A stretch of 64,000 nucleotides of DNA from Eledone cirrhosa (taxonomy: Eukaryota). The notes below the pieces were generated by a model, which was not told where the DNA came from, did no database searches, and saw only the letters and a program-made list of their open reading frames with translations. The stretch covers positions 35,001 through 99,000 of the forward strand of contig CAXHJY010000763.1 of assembly GCA_964016885.1 (NCBI GenBank), in the 5' to 3' direction. The position numbers and the translations under genes are program-made. Below, piece by piece: positions 12,401 to 28,200 of this stretch (positions within the stretch are counted from its first letter, which is position 1; each line of letters opens with the position of its first letter).

Positions 12401-14946
12401 GGGCGGCCGGCCCACGATCGAAAAGGTAACTCCGCCGGCAAATTCGCATTTTTGTGATTCGTTTCTTCGAAGCACACCATTCGCTGGTGGACTTCAGCTT
12501 CCGCATTTAGCATGGGCAGCTTTTCTTGAAAATCACACCACACACAGCAGATGTGTGTCTGCACATGGACCAGTAATTACAGATCGATCCGACCATAGGC
12601 GGCCGGCCCACGATCGAAAAGGTAACTCCGCCGGCAAATTCGCATTTTTGTGATTCGTTTCTTCGAAGCACACCATTCGCTGGTGGACTTCAGCTTCCGC
12701 ATTTAGCATGGGCAGCTTTTCTTGAAAATCACACCACACACAGCAAATTTGTGTTTGCACATGGACCAGTAATTACAGATCGATCCGACCATAGGCGGCC
12801 GGCCCACGATCGAAAAGGTAACTCCGCCGGCAAATTCGCATTTTTGTGATTCGTTTCTTCGAAGCACACCATTCGCTGGTGCACTTCAGCTTCCGCATTT
12901 AGTATGGGCACCTTTTCTTGCAAATCACACCACACACAGCAAATTTGTGTTTGCACATGGACCAGTAATTACAGATCGATCCGACCATAGGCGGCCGGCC
13001 CACGATCGAAAAGGTAACTCCGCCGGCAAATTCGCATTTTTGTGATTCGTTTCTTCGAAGCACACCATTCGCTGGTGGACTTCAGCTTCCGCATTTAGCA
13101 TGGGCAACTTTTCTTGAAAATCACACCACACACAGGCAATGAGTGTCTGCACATGTACCAGTAATTACAAATCGATCCGACCACGGGCGGCCGGCCACGA
13201 TCGAAAAGGTAACTCCGCCGGCAAATTCGCATTTTTGTGATTCGTTTCTTCGAAGCACACCATTCGCTGGTGGACTTCAGCCTCCTCATTTAGCATGGGC
13301 AGCTTTTCTTGAACATCACACCACACACAGCCAATGAGTGTCTGCACATATACCAGTAATTACAGATCGATCCGACCACGGGCGGCCGGCCCACGATCGA
13401 AAAGGTAACTCCGCCGGCAAATTCGCATTTTTGTGATTCGTTTCTTCGAAGCACACCATTCGCTGGTGGACTTCAGCTTCCGCATTTAGCATAGGCAGCT
13501 TTTCTTGAACATCACACCACACACAGCCAATGAGTGTCTCCACATATACCAGTAATTACAGATCGATCCGACCACGGGCGGCCGGCCCACGATCGAAAAG
13601 GTAACTCCGCCGGCAAATTCGCATTTTTGTGATTCGTTTCTTCGAAGCACACCATTCGCTGGTAGACTTCAGCTTCCGCATTTAGCATGGGCAGCGTTTC
13701 TTGAAAATCACACCACACACAGTCAATGAGTGTCTGCACATATACCACTAATTACAGATCGATCCGACCACAGGCGGCCGGCCCACGATCGAAAAGGTAA
13801 CTCCGCCGGTAAATAGTCATTTTTGTGATTCGTTTTCTTCGAAGCACACCATTCGCCGCCGGACTTCAGCTTCCTCATTTAGCATGGGCAGTTTTTCTTG
13901 AACATCACACCACACACAGCCAATGAGTGTCTGCACATATACCAGTAATTACAGATCGATCCGACCACGGGCGGCCGGCCCACGATCGAAAAGGTAACTC
14001 CGCCGGCAAATTCGCATTTTTGTGATTCGTTTCTTCGAAGCACACCATTCGCTGGTGGACTTCAGCTTCCTCATTTAGCATGGGCAGCTTTTCTTGAAAA
14101 TCACACCACACACAGCCAATGAGTGTCTGCACATATACCAGTAATTACAGATCGATCCGACCACAGGCGGCCGGCCCACGATCGAAAAGGTAACTCCGCC
14201 GGCAAATTCGCATTTTTGTGATTCGTTTCTTCGAAGCACACCATTCGCTGGTGGACTTCAGCTTCCGCATTTAGCATGGGCAACTTTTCTTGAAAATCAC
14301 ACCACACACAGGCAATGAGTGTCTGCACATGTACCAGTAATTACAAATCGATCCGACCACGGGCGGCCGGCCACGATCGAAAAGGTAACTCCGCCGGCAA
14401 ATTCGCATTTTTGTGATTCGTTTCTTCGAAGCACACCATTCGCTGGTGGACTTCAGCCTCCTCATTTAGCATGGGCAGCTTTTCTTGAACATCACACCAC
14501 ACACAGCCAATGAGTGTCTGCACATATACCAGTAATTACAGATCGATCCGACCACGGGCGGCCGGCCCACGATCGAAAAGGTAACTCCGCCGGCAAATTC
14601 GCATTTTTGTGATTCGTTTCTTCGAAGCACACCATTCGCTGGTGGACTTCAGCTTCCGCATTTAGCATAGGCAGCTTTTCTTGAACATCACACCACACAC
14701 AGCCAATGAGTGTCTCCACATATACCAGTAATTACAGATCGATCCGACCACGGGCGGCCGGCCCACGATCGAAAAGGTAACTCCGCCGGCAAATTCGCAT
14801 TTTTGTGATTCGTTTCTTCGAAGCACACCATTCGCTGGTAGACTTCAGCTTCCGCATTTAGCATGGGCAGCGTTTCTTGAAAATCACACCACACACAGTC
14901 AATGAGTGTCTGCACATATACCACTAATTACAGATCGATCCGACCA
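9437..14946 (+). repeat. Tandem duplication of a 14-monomer block (2744 bp)
   Basis: The private monomer GGTGCAC..AGTATGGGCACC..TTGCAAA occurs at 10138 and 12882. Long markers 9498/12242, 11066/13810 and 12242/14986 all have offset 2744. Confidence 0.88.
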
Positions 14947-17900
14947 CAGGCGGCCGGCCCACGATCGAAAAGGTAACTCCGCCGGTAAATAGTCATTTTT
15001 GTGATTCGTTTTCTTCGAAGCACACCATTCGCCGCCGGACTTCAGCTTCCTCATTTAGCATGGGCAGTTTTTCTTGAACATCACACCACACACAGCCAAT
15101 GAGTGTCTGCACATATACCAGTAATTACAGATCGATCCGACCACGGGCGGCCGGCCCACGATCGAAAAGGTAACTCCGCCGGCAAATTCGCATTTTTGTG
15201 ATTCGTTTCTTCGAAGCACACCATTCGCTGGTGGACTTCAGCTTCCTCATTTAGCATGGGCAGCTTTTCTTGAAAATCACACCACACACAGCCAATGAGT
15301 GTCTGCACATATACCAGTAATTACAGATCGATCCGACCACAGGCGGCCGGCCCACGATCGAAAAGGTAACTCCGCCGGCAAATTCGCATTTTTGTGATTC
15401 GTTTCTTCGAAGCACACCATTCTTGGGTAGACTTCAGCTTCCGCATTTAGCATGGGCAGCTTTTCTTGAAAATCACACCACACACAGCAAATGTGTGTCT
15501 GCACATGGACCAGTAATTACAGATCGATCCGACCATAGGCGGCCGGCCCACGATCGAAAAGGTAACTCCGCCAGCAAATTCGCATTTTTGTGATTCGTTT
15601 CTTCGAAGCACACCATTCGCTGGTGGACTTCAGCTTCCGCATTTAGCATGGGCAGCTTTTCTTGAACATCACACCACACACAGCCAATGAGTGTCTCCAC
15701 ATATGCCAGTAATTACAGATCGATCCGACCACGGGCGGCCGGCCCACGATCGAAAAGGTAACTCCGCCGGCAAATTCGCATTTTTTTGATTCGTTTCTTC
15801 GAAGCACACTATTCGCTGGTAGACTTCAGCTTCCGCATTTAGCATGGGCAGCGTTTCTTGAAAATCACACCACACACACTCAATGAGTGTCTGCACATAT
15901 ACCAGTAATTACAGATCGATCCGACCAGAGGCGGCCGGCCCACGATCGAAAAGGTAACTCCGCCGGTAAATAGTCATTTTTGTGATTCGTTTTCTTCGAA
16001 GCACACCATTCGCCACCGGACTTCAGCTTCCTCATTTAGCATGGGCAGTTTTTCTTGAACATCACACCACACACAGCCAATGAGTGTCTGCACATATACC
16101 AGTAATTACAGATCGATCCGACCACGGGCGGCCGGCCCACGATCGAAAAGGTAACTCCGCCGGCAAATTCGCATTTTTGTGATTCGTTTCTTCGAAGCAC
16201 ACCATTCGCTGGTGGACTTCAGCTTCCGCATTTAGCATGGGCAGCTTTTCTTGAAAATCACACCACACACAGCAAATGTGTGTCTGCACATGGACCAGTA
16301 ATTACAGATCGATCCGACCATAGGCGGCCGGCCCACGATCGAAAAGGTAACTCCGCCGGCAAATTCGCATTTTTGTGATTCGTTTCTTCGAAGCACACCA
16401 TTCGCTGGTGGACTTCAGCTTCCGCATTTAGCATGGGCAGCTTTTCTTGAAAATCACACCACACACAGCAAATTTGTGCTTGCACATGGACCAGTAATTA
16501 CAGATCGATCCGACCATAGGCGGCCGGCCCACGATCGAAAAGGTAACTCCGCCGGCAAATTCGCATTTTTGTGATTCGTTTCTTCGAAGCACACCATTCG
16601 CTGGTGGACTTCAGCTTCCGCATTTAGCATGGGCAACTTTTCTTGAAAATCAGACCACACACAGGCAATGAGTGTCTGCACATGTACCAGTAATTACAAA
16701 TCGATCCGACCACGGGCGGCCGGCCACGATCGAAAAGGTAACTCCGCCGGCAAATTCGCATTTTTGTGATTCGTTTCTTCGAAGCACACCATTCGCTGGT
16801 GGACTTCAGCTTCCTCATTTAGCATGGGCAGCTTTTCTTGAACATCACACCACACACAGCCAATGAGTGTCTGCACATATACCAGTAATTACAGATCGAT
16901 CCGACCACGGGCGGCCGGCCCACGATCGAAAAGGTAACTCCGCCGGCAAATTCGCATTTTTGTGATTCGTTTCTTCGAAGCACACCATTCGCTGGTGGAC
17001 TTCAGCTTCCGCATTTAGCATGGGCAGCTTTTCTTGAACATCACACCACACACAGCCAATGAGTGTCTCCACATATACCAGTAATTACAGATCGATCCGA
17101 CCACGGGCGGCCGGCCCACGATCGAAAAGGTAACTCCGCCGGCAAATTCGCATTTTTGTGATTCGTTTCTTCGAAGCACACCATTCGCTGGTAGACTTCA
17201 GCTTCCGCATTTAGCATGGGCAGCGTTTCTTGAAAATCACACCACACACAGTCAATGAGTGTCTGCACATATACCACTAATTACAGATCGATCCGACCAG
17301 AGGCGGCCGGCCCACGATCGAAAAGGTAACTCCGCCGGTAAATAGTCATTTTTGTGATTCGTTTTCTTCGAAGCACACCATTCGCCACCGGACTTCAGCT
17401 TCCTCATTTAGCATGGGCAGTTTTTCTTGAACATCACACCACACACAGCCAATGAGTGTCTGCACATATACCAGTAATTACAGATCGATCCGACCACGGG
17501 CGGCCGGCCCACGATCGAAAAGGTAACTCCGCCGGCAAATTCGCATTTTTGTGATTCGTTTCTTCGAAGCACACCATTCGCTGGTGGACTTCAGCTTCCG
17601 CATTTAGCATGGGCAGCTTTTCTTGAAAATCACACCACACACAGGAAATGTGTGTCTGCACATGGACCAGTAATTACAGATCGATCCGACGATAGGCGGC
17701 CGGCCCACGATCGAAAAGGTAACTCCGCCGGCAAATTCGCATTTTTGTGATTCGTTTCTTCGAAGCACACCATTCGCTGGTGGACTTCAGCTTCCGCATT
17801 TAGTATGGGCACCTTTTCTTGAAAATCACACCACACACAGCAAATTTGTGTTTGTACATGGACCAGTAATTACAGATCGCTCCGACCATAGGCGGCCGGC

Positions 17901-19298
17901 CCACGATCGAAAAGGTAACTCCGCCGGCAAATTCGCATTTTTGTGATTCGTTTCTTCGAAGCACACCATTCGCTGGTGGACTTCAGCTTCCGCATTTAGC
18001 ATGGGCAACTTTTCTTGAAAATCACACCACACACAGGCAATGAGTGTCTGCACATGTACCAGTAATTACAAATCGATCCGACCACGGGCGGCCGGCCACG
18101 ATCGAAAAGGTAACTCCGCCGGCAAATTCGCATTTTTGTGATTCGTTTCTTCGAAGCACACCATTCGCTGGTGGACTTCAGCCTCCTCATTTAGCATGGG
18201 CAGCTTTTCTTGAACATCACACCACACACAGCCAATGAGTGTCTGCACATATACCAGTAATTACAGATCGATCCGACCACGGGCGGCCGGCCCACGATCG
18301 AAAAGGTAACTCCGCCGGCAAATTCGCATTTTTGTGATTCGTTTCTTCGAAGCACACCATTCGCTGGTGGACTTCAGCTTCCGCATTTAGCATAGGCAGC
18401 TTTTCTTGAACATCACACCACACACAGCCAATGAGTGTCTCCACATATACCAGTAATTACAGATCGATCCGACCACGGGCGGCCGGCCCACAATCGAAAA
18501 GGTAACTCCGCCGGCAAATTCGCATTTTTGTGATTCGTTTCTTCGAAGCACACCATTCGCTGGTAGACTTCAGCTTCCGCATTTAGCATGGGCAGCGTTT
18601 CTTGAAAATCACACCACACACAGTCAATGAGTGTCTGCACATATACCACTAATTACAGATCGATCCGACCACAGGCGGCCGGCCCACGATCGAAAAGGTA
18701 ACTCCGCCGGTAAATAGTCATTTTTGTGATTCGTTTTCTTCGAAGCACACCATTCGCCGCCGGACTTCAGCTTCCTCATTTAGCATGGGCAGTTTTTCTT
18801 GAACATCACACCACACACAGCCAATGAGTGTCTGCACATATACCAGTAATTACAGATCGATCCGACCACGGGCGGCCGGCCCACGATCGAAAAGGTAACT
18901 CCGCCGGCAAATTCGCATTTTTGTGATTCGTTTCTTCGAAGCACACCATTCGCTGGTGGACTTCAGCTTCCTCATTTAGCATGGGCAGCTTTTCTTGAAA
19001 ATCACACCACACACAGCCAATGAGTGTCTGCACATATACCAGTAATTACAGATCGATCCGACCACAGGCGGCCGGCCCACGATCGAAAAGGTAACTCCGC
19101 CGGCAAATTCGCATTTTTGTGATTCGTTTCTTCGAAGCACACCATTCTTGGGTAGACTTCAGCTTCCGCATTTAGCATGGGCAGCTTTTCTTGAAAATCA
19201 CACCACACACAGCAAATGTGTGTCTGCACATGGACCAGTAATTACAGATCGATCCGACCATAGGCGGCCGGCCCACGATCGAAAAGGTAACTCCGCCA

Positions 19299-22200
19299 GC
19301 AAATTCGCATTTTTGTGATTCGTTTCTTCGAAGCACACCATTCGCTGGTGGACTTCAGCTTCCGCATTTAGCATGGGCAACGTTTCGTGAAAATCACACC
19401 ACACAGAGCAAATGTGTGTCTGCACATGGACCAGTAATTACAGATCGATCCGACCACAGGCGGCCGGCCCACGATCGAAAAGGTAACTCCGCCGGTAAAT
19501 AGTCATTTTTGTGATTCGTTTTCTTCGAAGCACACCATTCGCCGCCGGACTTTAGCTTCCTCATTTAGCATGGGTAGTTTTTCTTGAAAATCACACCACA
19601 CACAGCCAATGAGTGTCTGCACATATACCAGTAATTACAGATCGATCCGACCATGGGCGGCCGGCCCACGATCGGAAAGGTAACTCCGCCGGCAAATTCG
19701 CATTTTTGTGATTCGTTTCTTCGAAGCACACCATTCGCTGGTAGACTTCAGCTTCCGCATTTAGCATGGGCAGCGTTTCTTGAAAATCACACCACACACA
19801 GTCAATGAGTGTCTGCACATATACCAGTAATTACAGATCGATCCGACCACAGGCGGCCGGCCCACGATCGAAAAGGTAACTCCGCCGGCAAATTCGCATT
19901 TTTGTGATTCGTTTCTTCGAAGCACACCATTCGCTGGTGGACTTCAGCTTCCGCATTTAGCATGGGCAGCTGTTCTTGAAAATCACACCACACACAGCAA
20001 ATGTGTGTCTGCACATGGACCAGTAATTACAGATCGATCCGACCATAGGCGGCCGGCCCACGATCGAAAAGGTAACTCCGCCGGCAAATTCGCATTTTTG
20101 TGATTCGTTTCTTCGAAGCACACCATTCGCTGGTGGACTTCAGCTTCCGCATTTAGCATGGGCAACTTTTCTTGAAAATCACACCACACACAGGCAATGA
20201 GTGTCTGCACATGTACCAGTAATTACAAATCGATCCGACCACGGGCGGCCGGCCACGATCGAAAAGGTAACTCCGCCGGCAAATTCGCATTTTTGTGATT
20301 CGTTTCTTCGAAGCACACCATTCGCTGGTGGACTTCAGCTTCCTCATTTAGCATGGGCAGCTTTTCTTGAAAATCACACCACACACAGCCAATGAGTGTC
20401 TGCACATATACCAGTAATTACAGATCGATTCGACCACGGGCGGCCGGCCCACGATCGAAAAGGTAACTCCGCCGGCAAATTCGCATTTTTGTGATTCGTT
20501 TCTTCGAAGCACACCATTCGCTGGTGGACTTCAGCTTCCGCATTTAGCATGGGCAGCTTTTCTTGAAAATCACACCACACACTGCAAATGTGTGTTTGCA
20601 CATGGACCAGTAATTACAGATCGATCCGACCATAGGCGGCCGGCCCACGATCGAAAAGGTAACTCCGCCGGCAAATTCGCATTTTTGTGATTCGTTTCTT
20701 CGAAGCACACCATTCGCTGGTGGACTTCAGCTTCCGCATTTAGCATGGGCAACTTTTCTTGAAAATCACACCACACACAGGCAATGGGTGTCTGCACATG
20801 TACCAGTAATTACAAATCGATCCGACCACGGGCGGCCGGCCACGATCGAAAAGGTAACTCCGCCGGCAAATTCGCATTTTTGTGATTCGTTTCTTCGAAG
20901 CACACCATTCGCTGGTGGACTTCAGCCTCCTCATTTAGCATGGGCAGCTTTTCTTGAACATCACACCACACACAGCCAATGAGTGTCTGCACATATACCA
21001 GTAATTACAGATCGATCCGACCACGGGCGGCCGGCCCACGATCGAAAAGGTAACTCCGCCGGCAAATTCGCATTTTTGTGATTCGTTTCTTCGAAGCACA
21101 CCATTCGCTGGTGGACTTCAGCTTCCGCATTTAGCATAGGCAGCTTTTCTTGAACATCACACCACACACAGCCAATGAGTGTCTCCACATATACCAGTAA
21201 TTACAGATCGATCCGACCACGGGCGGCCGGCCCACGATCGAAAAGGTAACTCCGCCGGCAAATTCGCATTTTTGTGATTCGTTTCTTCGAAGCACACCAT
21301 TCGCTGGTAGACTTCAGCTTCCGCATTTAGCATGGGCAGCGTTTCTTGAAAATCACACCACACACAGTCAATGAGTGTCTGCACATATACCACTAATTAC
21401 AGATCGATCCGACCACAGGCGGCCGGCCCACGATCGAAAAGGTAACTCCGCCGGTAAATAGTCATTTTTGTGATTCGTTTTCTTCGAAGCACACCATTCG
21501 CCGCCGGACTTCAGCTTCCTCATTTAGCATGGGCAGTTTTTCTTGAACATCACACCACACACAGCCAATGAGTGTCTGCACATATACCAGTAATTACAGA
21601 TCGATCCGACCACGGGCGGCCGGCCCACGATCGAAAAGGTAACTCCGCCGGCAAATTCGCATTTTTGTGATTCGTTTCTTCGAAGCACACCATTCGCTGG
21701 TGGACTTCAGCTTCCTCATTTAGCATGGGCAGCTTTTCTTGAAAATCACACCACACACAGCCAATGAGTGTCTGCACATATACCAGTAATTACAGATCGA
21801 TCCGACCACAGGCGGCCGGCCCACGATCGAAAAGGTAACTCCGCCGGCAAATTCGCATTTTTGTGATTCGTTTCTTCGAAGCACACCATTCTTGGGTAGA
21901 CTTCAGCTTCCGCATTTAGCATGGGCAGCTTTTCTTGAAAATCACACCACACACAGCAAATGTGTGTCTGCACATGGACCAGTAATTACAGATCGATCCG
22001 ACCACAGGCGGCCGGCCCACGATCGAAAAGGTAACTCCGCCGGTAAATAGTCATTTTTGTGATTCGTTTTCTTCGAAGCACACCATTCGCCGCCGGACTT
22101 TAGCTTCCTCATTTAGCATGGGTAGTTTTTCTTGAAAATCACACCACACACCGGCAATGAGTGTCTGCACATGCACCAGTAATTACAAATCGATCCGACC

Positions 22201-25200
22201 ACGGGCGGCCGGCCACGATCGAAAAGGTAACTCCGCCGGCAAATTCGCATTTTTGTGATTCGTTTCTTCGAAGCACACCATTCGCTGGTGGACTTCAGCT
22301 TCCTCATTTAGCATGGGCAGCTTTTTTTGAAAATCACACCACACACAGCCAATGAGTGTCTGCACATATACCAGTAATTACAGATCGATCCGACCACGGG
22401 CGGCCGGCCCACGATCGGAAAGGTAACTCCGCCGGCAAATTCGCATTTTTGTGATTCGTTTCTTCGAAGCACACCATTCGCTGGTGGACTTCAGCTTCCG
22501 CATTTAGCATGGGCAGCTGTTCTTGAAAATCACACCACACACAGCAAATGTGTGTCTGCACATGGACCAGTAATTACAGATCGATCCGACCATAGGCGGC
22601 CGGCCCACGATCGAAAAGGTAACTCCGCCGGCAAATTCGCATTTTTGTGATTCGTTTCTTCGAAGCACACCATTCGCTGGTGGACTTCAGCTTCCGCATT
22701 TAGCATGGGCAACTTTTCTTGAAAATCACACCACACACAGGCAATGAGTGTCTGCACATGTACCAGTAATTACAAATCGATCCGACCACGGGCGGCCGGC
22801 CACGATCGAAAAGGTAACTCCGCCGGCAAATTCGCATTTTTGTGATTCGTTTCTTCGAAGCACACCATTCGCTGGTGGACTTCAGCTTCCTCATTTAGCA
22901 TGGGCAGCTTTTCTTGAAAATCACACCACACACAGCCAATGAGTGTCTCCACATATACCAGTAATTACAGATCGATCCGACCACGGGCGGCCGGCCCACG
23001 ATCGAAAAGGTAACTCCGCCGGCAAATTCGCATTTTTGTGATTCGTTTCTTCGAAGCACACCATTCGCTGGTAGACTTCAGCTTCCGCATTTAGCATGGG
23101 CAGCGTTTCTTGAAAATCACACCACACACAGACAATGAGTGTCTGCACATATACCACTAATTACAGATCGATCCGACCACAGGCGGCCGGCCCACGATCG
23201 AAAAGGTAACTCCGCCGGTAAATAGTCATTTTTGTGATTCGTTTTCTTCGAAGCACACCATTCGCCGCCGGACTTCAGCTTCCTCATTTAGCATGGGCAG
23301 TTTTTCTTGAACATCACACCACACACAGCCAATGAGTGTCTGCACATATACCAGTAATTACAGATCGATCCGACCACGGGCGGCCGGCCCACGATCGAAA
23401 AGGTAACTCCGCCGGCAAATTCGCATTTTTGTGATTCGTTTCTTCGAAGCACACCATTCGCTGGTGGACTTCAGCTTCCTCATTTAGCATGGGCAGCTTT
23501 TCTTGAAAATCACACCACACACAGCCAATGAGTGTCTGCACATATACCAGTAATTACAGATCGATCCGACCACAGGCGGCCGGCCCACGATCGAAAAGGT
23601 AACTCCGCCGGCAAATTCGCATTTTTGTGATTCGTTTCTTCGAAGCACACCATTCTTGGGTAGACTTCAGCTTCCGCATTTAGCATGGGCAGCTTTTCTT
23701 GAAAATCACACCACACACAGCAAATGTGTGTCTGCACATGGACCAGTAATTACAGATCGATCCGACCATAGGCGGCCGGCCCACGATCGAAAAGGTAACT
23801 CCGCCAGCAAATTCGCATTTTTGTGATTCGTTTCTTCGAAGCACACCATTCGCTGGTGGACTTCAGCTTCCGCATTTAGCATGGGCAACGTTTCGTGAAA
23901 ATCACACCACACAGAGCAAATGTGTGTCTGCACATGGACCAGTAATTACAGATCGATCCGACCACAGGCGGCCGGCCCACGATCGAAAAGGTAACTCCGC
24001 CGGTAAATAGTCATTTTTGTGATTCGTTTTCTTCGAAGCACACCATTCGCCGCCGGACTTTAGCTTCCTCATTTAGCATGGGTAGTTTTTCTTGAAAATC
24101 ACACCACACACCGGCAATGAGTGTCTGCACATGCACCAGTAATTACAAATCGATCCGACCACGGGCGGCCGGCCACGATCGAAAAGGTAACTCCGCCGGC
24201 AAATTCGCATTTTTGTGATTCGTTTCTTCGAAGCACACCATTCGCTGGTGGACTTCAGCTTCCTCATTTAGCATGGGCAGCTTTTTTTGAAAATCACACC
24301 ACACACAGCCAATGAGTGTCTGCACATATACCAGTAATTACAGATCGATCCGACCACGGGCGGCCGGCCCACGATCGGAAAGGTAACTCCGCCGGCAAAT
24401 TCGCATTTTTGTGATTCGTTTCTTCGAAGCACACCATTCGCTGGTGGACTTCAGCTTCCGCATTTAGCATGGGCAGCTGTTCTTGAAAATCACACCACAC
24501 ACAGCAAATGTGTGTCTGCACATGGACCAGTAATTACAGATCGATCCGACCATAGGCGGCCGGCCCACGATCGAAAAGGTAACTCCGCCGGCAAATTCGC
24601 ATTTTTGTGATTCGTTTCTTCGAAGCACACCATTCGCTGGTGGACTTCAGCTTCCGCATTTAGCATGGGCAACTTTTCTTGAAAATCACACCACACACAG
24701 GCAATGAGTGTCTGCACATGTACCAGTAATTACAAATCGATCCGACCACGGGCGGCCGGCCACGATCGAAAAGGTAACTCCGCCGGCAAATTCGCATTTT
24801 TGTGATTCGTTTCTTCGAAGCACACCATTCGCTGGTGGACTTCAGCTTCCTCATTTAGCATGGGCAGCTTTTCTTGAAAATCACACCACACACAGCCAAT
24901 GAGTGTCTGCACATATACCAGTAATTACAGATCGATCCGACCACGGGCGGCCGGCCCACGATCGAAAAGGTAACTCCGCCGGCAAATTCGCATTTTTGTG
25001 ATTCGTTTCTTCGAAGCACACCATTCGCTGGTGGACTTCAGCTTCCGCATTTAGCATGGGCAGCTTTTCTTGAAAATCACACCACACACTGCAAATGTGT
25101 GTCTGCACATGGACCAGTAATTACAGATCGATCCGACCATAGGCGGCCGGCCCACGATCGAAAAGGTAACTCCGCCGGCAAATTCGCATTTTTGTGATTC

Positions 25201-28200
25201 GTTTCTTCGAAGCACACCATTCGCTGCTGGACTTCAGCTTCCGCATTTAGCATGGGCAGCTTTTCTTGAACATCACACCACACACAGCCAATGAGTGTCT
25301 GCACATATACCAGTAATTACAGATCGATCCGACCAGAGGCGGCCGGCCCACGATCGAAAAGGTAACTCCGCCGGTAAATAGTCATTTTTGTGATTCGTTT
25401 TCTTCGAAGCACACCATTCGCCACCGGACTTCAGCTTCCTCATTTAGCATGGGCAGTTTTTCTTGAACATCACACCACACACAGCCAATGAGTGTCTGCA
25501 CATATACCAGTAATTACAGATCGATCCGACCACGGGCGGCCGGCCCACGATCGAAAAGGTAACTCCGCCGGCAAATTCGCATTTTTGTGATTCGTTTCTT
25601 CGAAGCACACCATTCGCTGGTGGACTTCAGCTTCCGCATTTAGCATGGGCAGCTTTTCTTGAAAATCACACCACACACAGCAAATGTGTGTCTGCACATG
25701 GACCAGTAATTACAGATCGATCCGACCATAGGCGGCCGGCCCACGATCGAAAAGGTAACTCCGCCGGCAAATTCGCATTTTTGTGATTCGTTTCTTCGAA
25801 GCACACCATTCGCTGGTGGACTTCAGCTTCCGCATTTAGCATGGGCAGCTTTTCTTGAAAATCACACCACACACAGCAAATTTGTGTTTGCACATGGACC
25901 AGTAATTACAGATCGATCCGACCATAGGCGGCCGGCCCACGATCGAAAAGGTAACTCCGCCGGCAAATTCGCATTTTTGTGATTCGTTTCTTCGAAGCAC
26001 ACCATTCGCTGGTGGACTTCAGCTTCCGCATTTAGCATGGGCAACTTTTCTTGAAAATCACACCACACACAGGCAATGAGTGTCTGCACATGTACCAGTA
26101 ATTACAAATCGATCCGACCACGGGCGGCCGGCCACGATCGAAAAGGTAACTCCGCCGGCAAATTCGCATTTTTGTGATTCGTTTCTTCGAAGCACACCAT
26201 TCGCTGGTGGACTTCAGCTTCCTCATTTAGCATGGGCAGCTTTTCTTGAACATCACACCACACACAGCCAATGAGTGTCTGCACATATACCAGTAATTAC
26301 AGATCGATCCGACCACGGGCGGCCGGCCCACGATCGAAAAGGTAACTCCGCCGGCAAATTCGCATTTTTGTGATTCGTTTCTTCGAAGCACACCATTCGC
26401 TGGTGGACTTCAGCTTCCGCATTTAGCATGGGCAGCTTTTCTTGAACATCACACCACACACAGCCAATGAGTGTCTCCACATATACCAGTAATTACAGAT
26501 CGATCCGACCACGGGCGGCCGGCCCACGATCGAAAAGGTAACTCCGCCGGCAAATTCGCATTTTTGTGATTCGTTTCTTCGAAGCACACCATTCGCTGGT
26601 AGACTTCAGCTTCCGCATTTAGCATGGGCAGCGTTTCTTGAAAATCACACCACACACAGTCAATGAGTGTCTGCACATATACCACTAATTACAGATCGAT
26701 CCGACCAGAGGCGGCCGGCCCACGATCGAAAAGGTAACTCCGCCGGTAAATAGTCATTTTTGTGATTCGTTTTCTTCGAAGCACACCATTCGCCACCGGA
26801 CTTCAGCTTCCTCATTTAGCATGGGCAGTTTTTCTTGAACATCACACCACACACAGCCAATGAGTGTCTGCACATATACCAGTAATTACAGATCGATCCG
26901 ACCACGGGCGGCCGGCCCACGATCGAAAAGGTAACTCCGCCGGCAAATTCGCATTTTTGTGATTCGTTTCTTCGAAGCACACCATTCGCTGGTGGACTTC
27001 AGCTTCCGCATTTAGCATGGGCAGCTTTTCTTGAAAATCACACCACACACAGCAAATGTGTGTCTGCACATGGACCAGTAATTACAGATCGATCCGACGA
27101 TAGGCGGCCGGCCCACGATCGAAAAGGTAACTCCGCCGGCAAATTCGCATTTTTGTGATTCGTTTCTTCGAAGCACACCATTCGCTGGTGGACTTCAGCT
27201 TCCGCATTTAGTATGGGCACCTTTTCTTGAAAATCACACCACACACAGCAAATTTGTGTTTGCACATGGACCAGTAATTACAGATCGATCCGACCATAGG
27301 CGGCCGGCCCACGATCGAAAAGGTAACTCCGCCGGCAAATTCGCATTTTTGTGATTCGTTTCTTCGAAGCACACCATTCGCTGGTGGACTTCAGCTTCCG
27401 CATTTAGCATGGGCAACATTTCTTGAAAATCACACCACACACAGGCAATGAGTGTCTGCACATGTACCAGTAATTACAAATCGATCCGACCACGGGCGGC
27501 CGGCCACGATTGAAAAGGTAACTCCGCCGGCAAATTCGCATTTTTGTGATTCGTTTCTTCGAAGCACACCATTCGCTGGTGGACTTCAGCCTCCTCATTT
27601 AGCATGGGCAGCTTTTCTTGAACATCACACCACACACAGCCAATGAGTGTCTGCACATATACCAGTAATTACAGATCGATCCGACCACGGGCGGCCGGCC
27701 CACGATCGAAAAGGTAACTCCGCCGGCAAATTCGCATTTTTGTGATTCGTTTCTTCGAAGCACACCATTCGCTGGTGGACTTCAGCTTCCGCATTTAGCA
27801 TAGGCAGCTTTTCTTGAACATCACACCACACACAGCCAATGAGTGTCTCCACATATACCAGTAATTACAGATCGATCCGACCACGGGCGGCCGGCCCACG
27901 ATCGAAAAGGTAACTCCGCCGGCAAATTCGCATTTTTGTGATTCGTTTCTTCGAAGCACACCATTCGCTGGTAGACTTCAGCTTCCGCATTTAGCATGGG
28001 CAGCGTTTCTTGAAAATCACACCACACACAGTCAATGAGTGTCTGCACATATACCACTAATTACAGATCGATCCGACCACAGGCGGCCGGCCCACGATCG
28101 AAAAGGTAACTCCGCCGGTAAATAGTCATTTTTGTGATTCGTTTTCTTCGAAGCACACCATTCGCCGCCGGACTTCAGCTTCCTCATTTAGCATGGGCAG

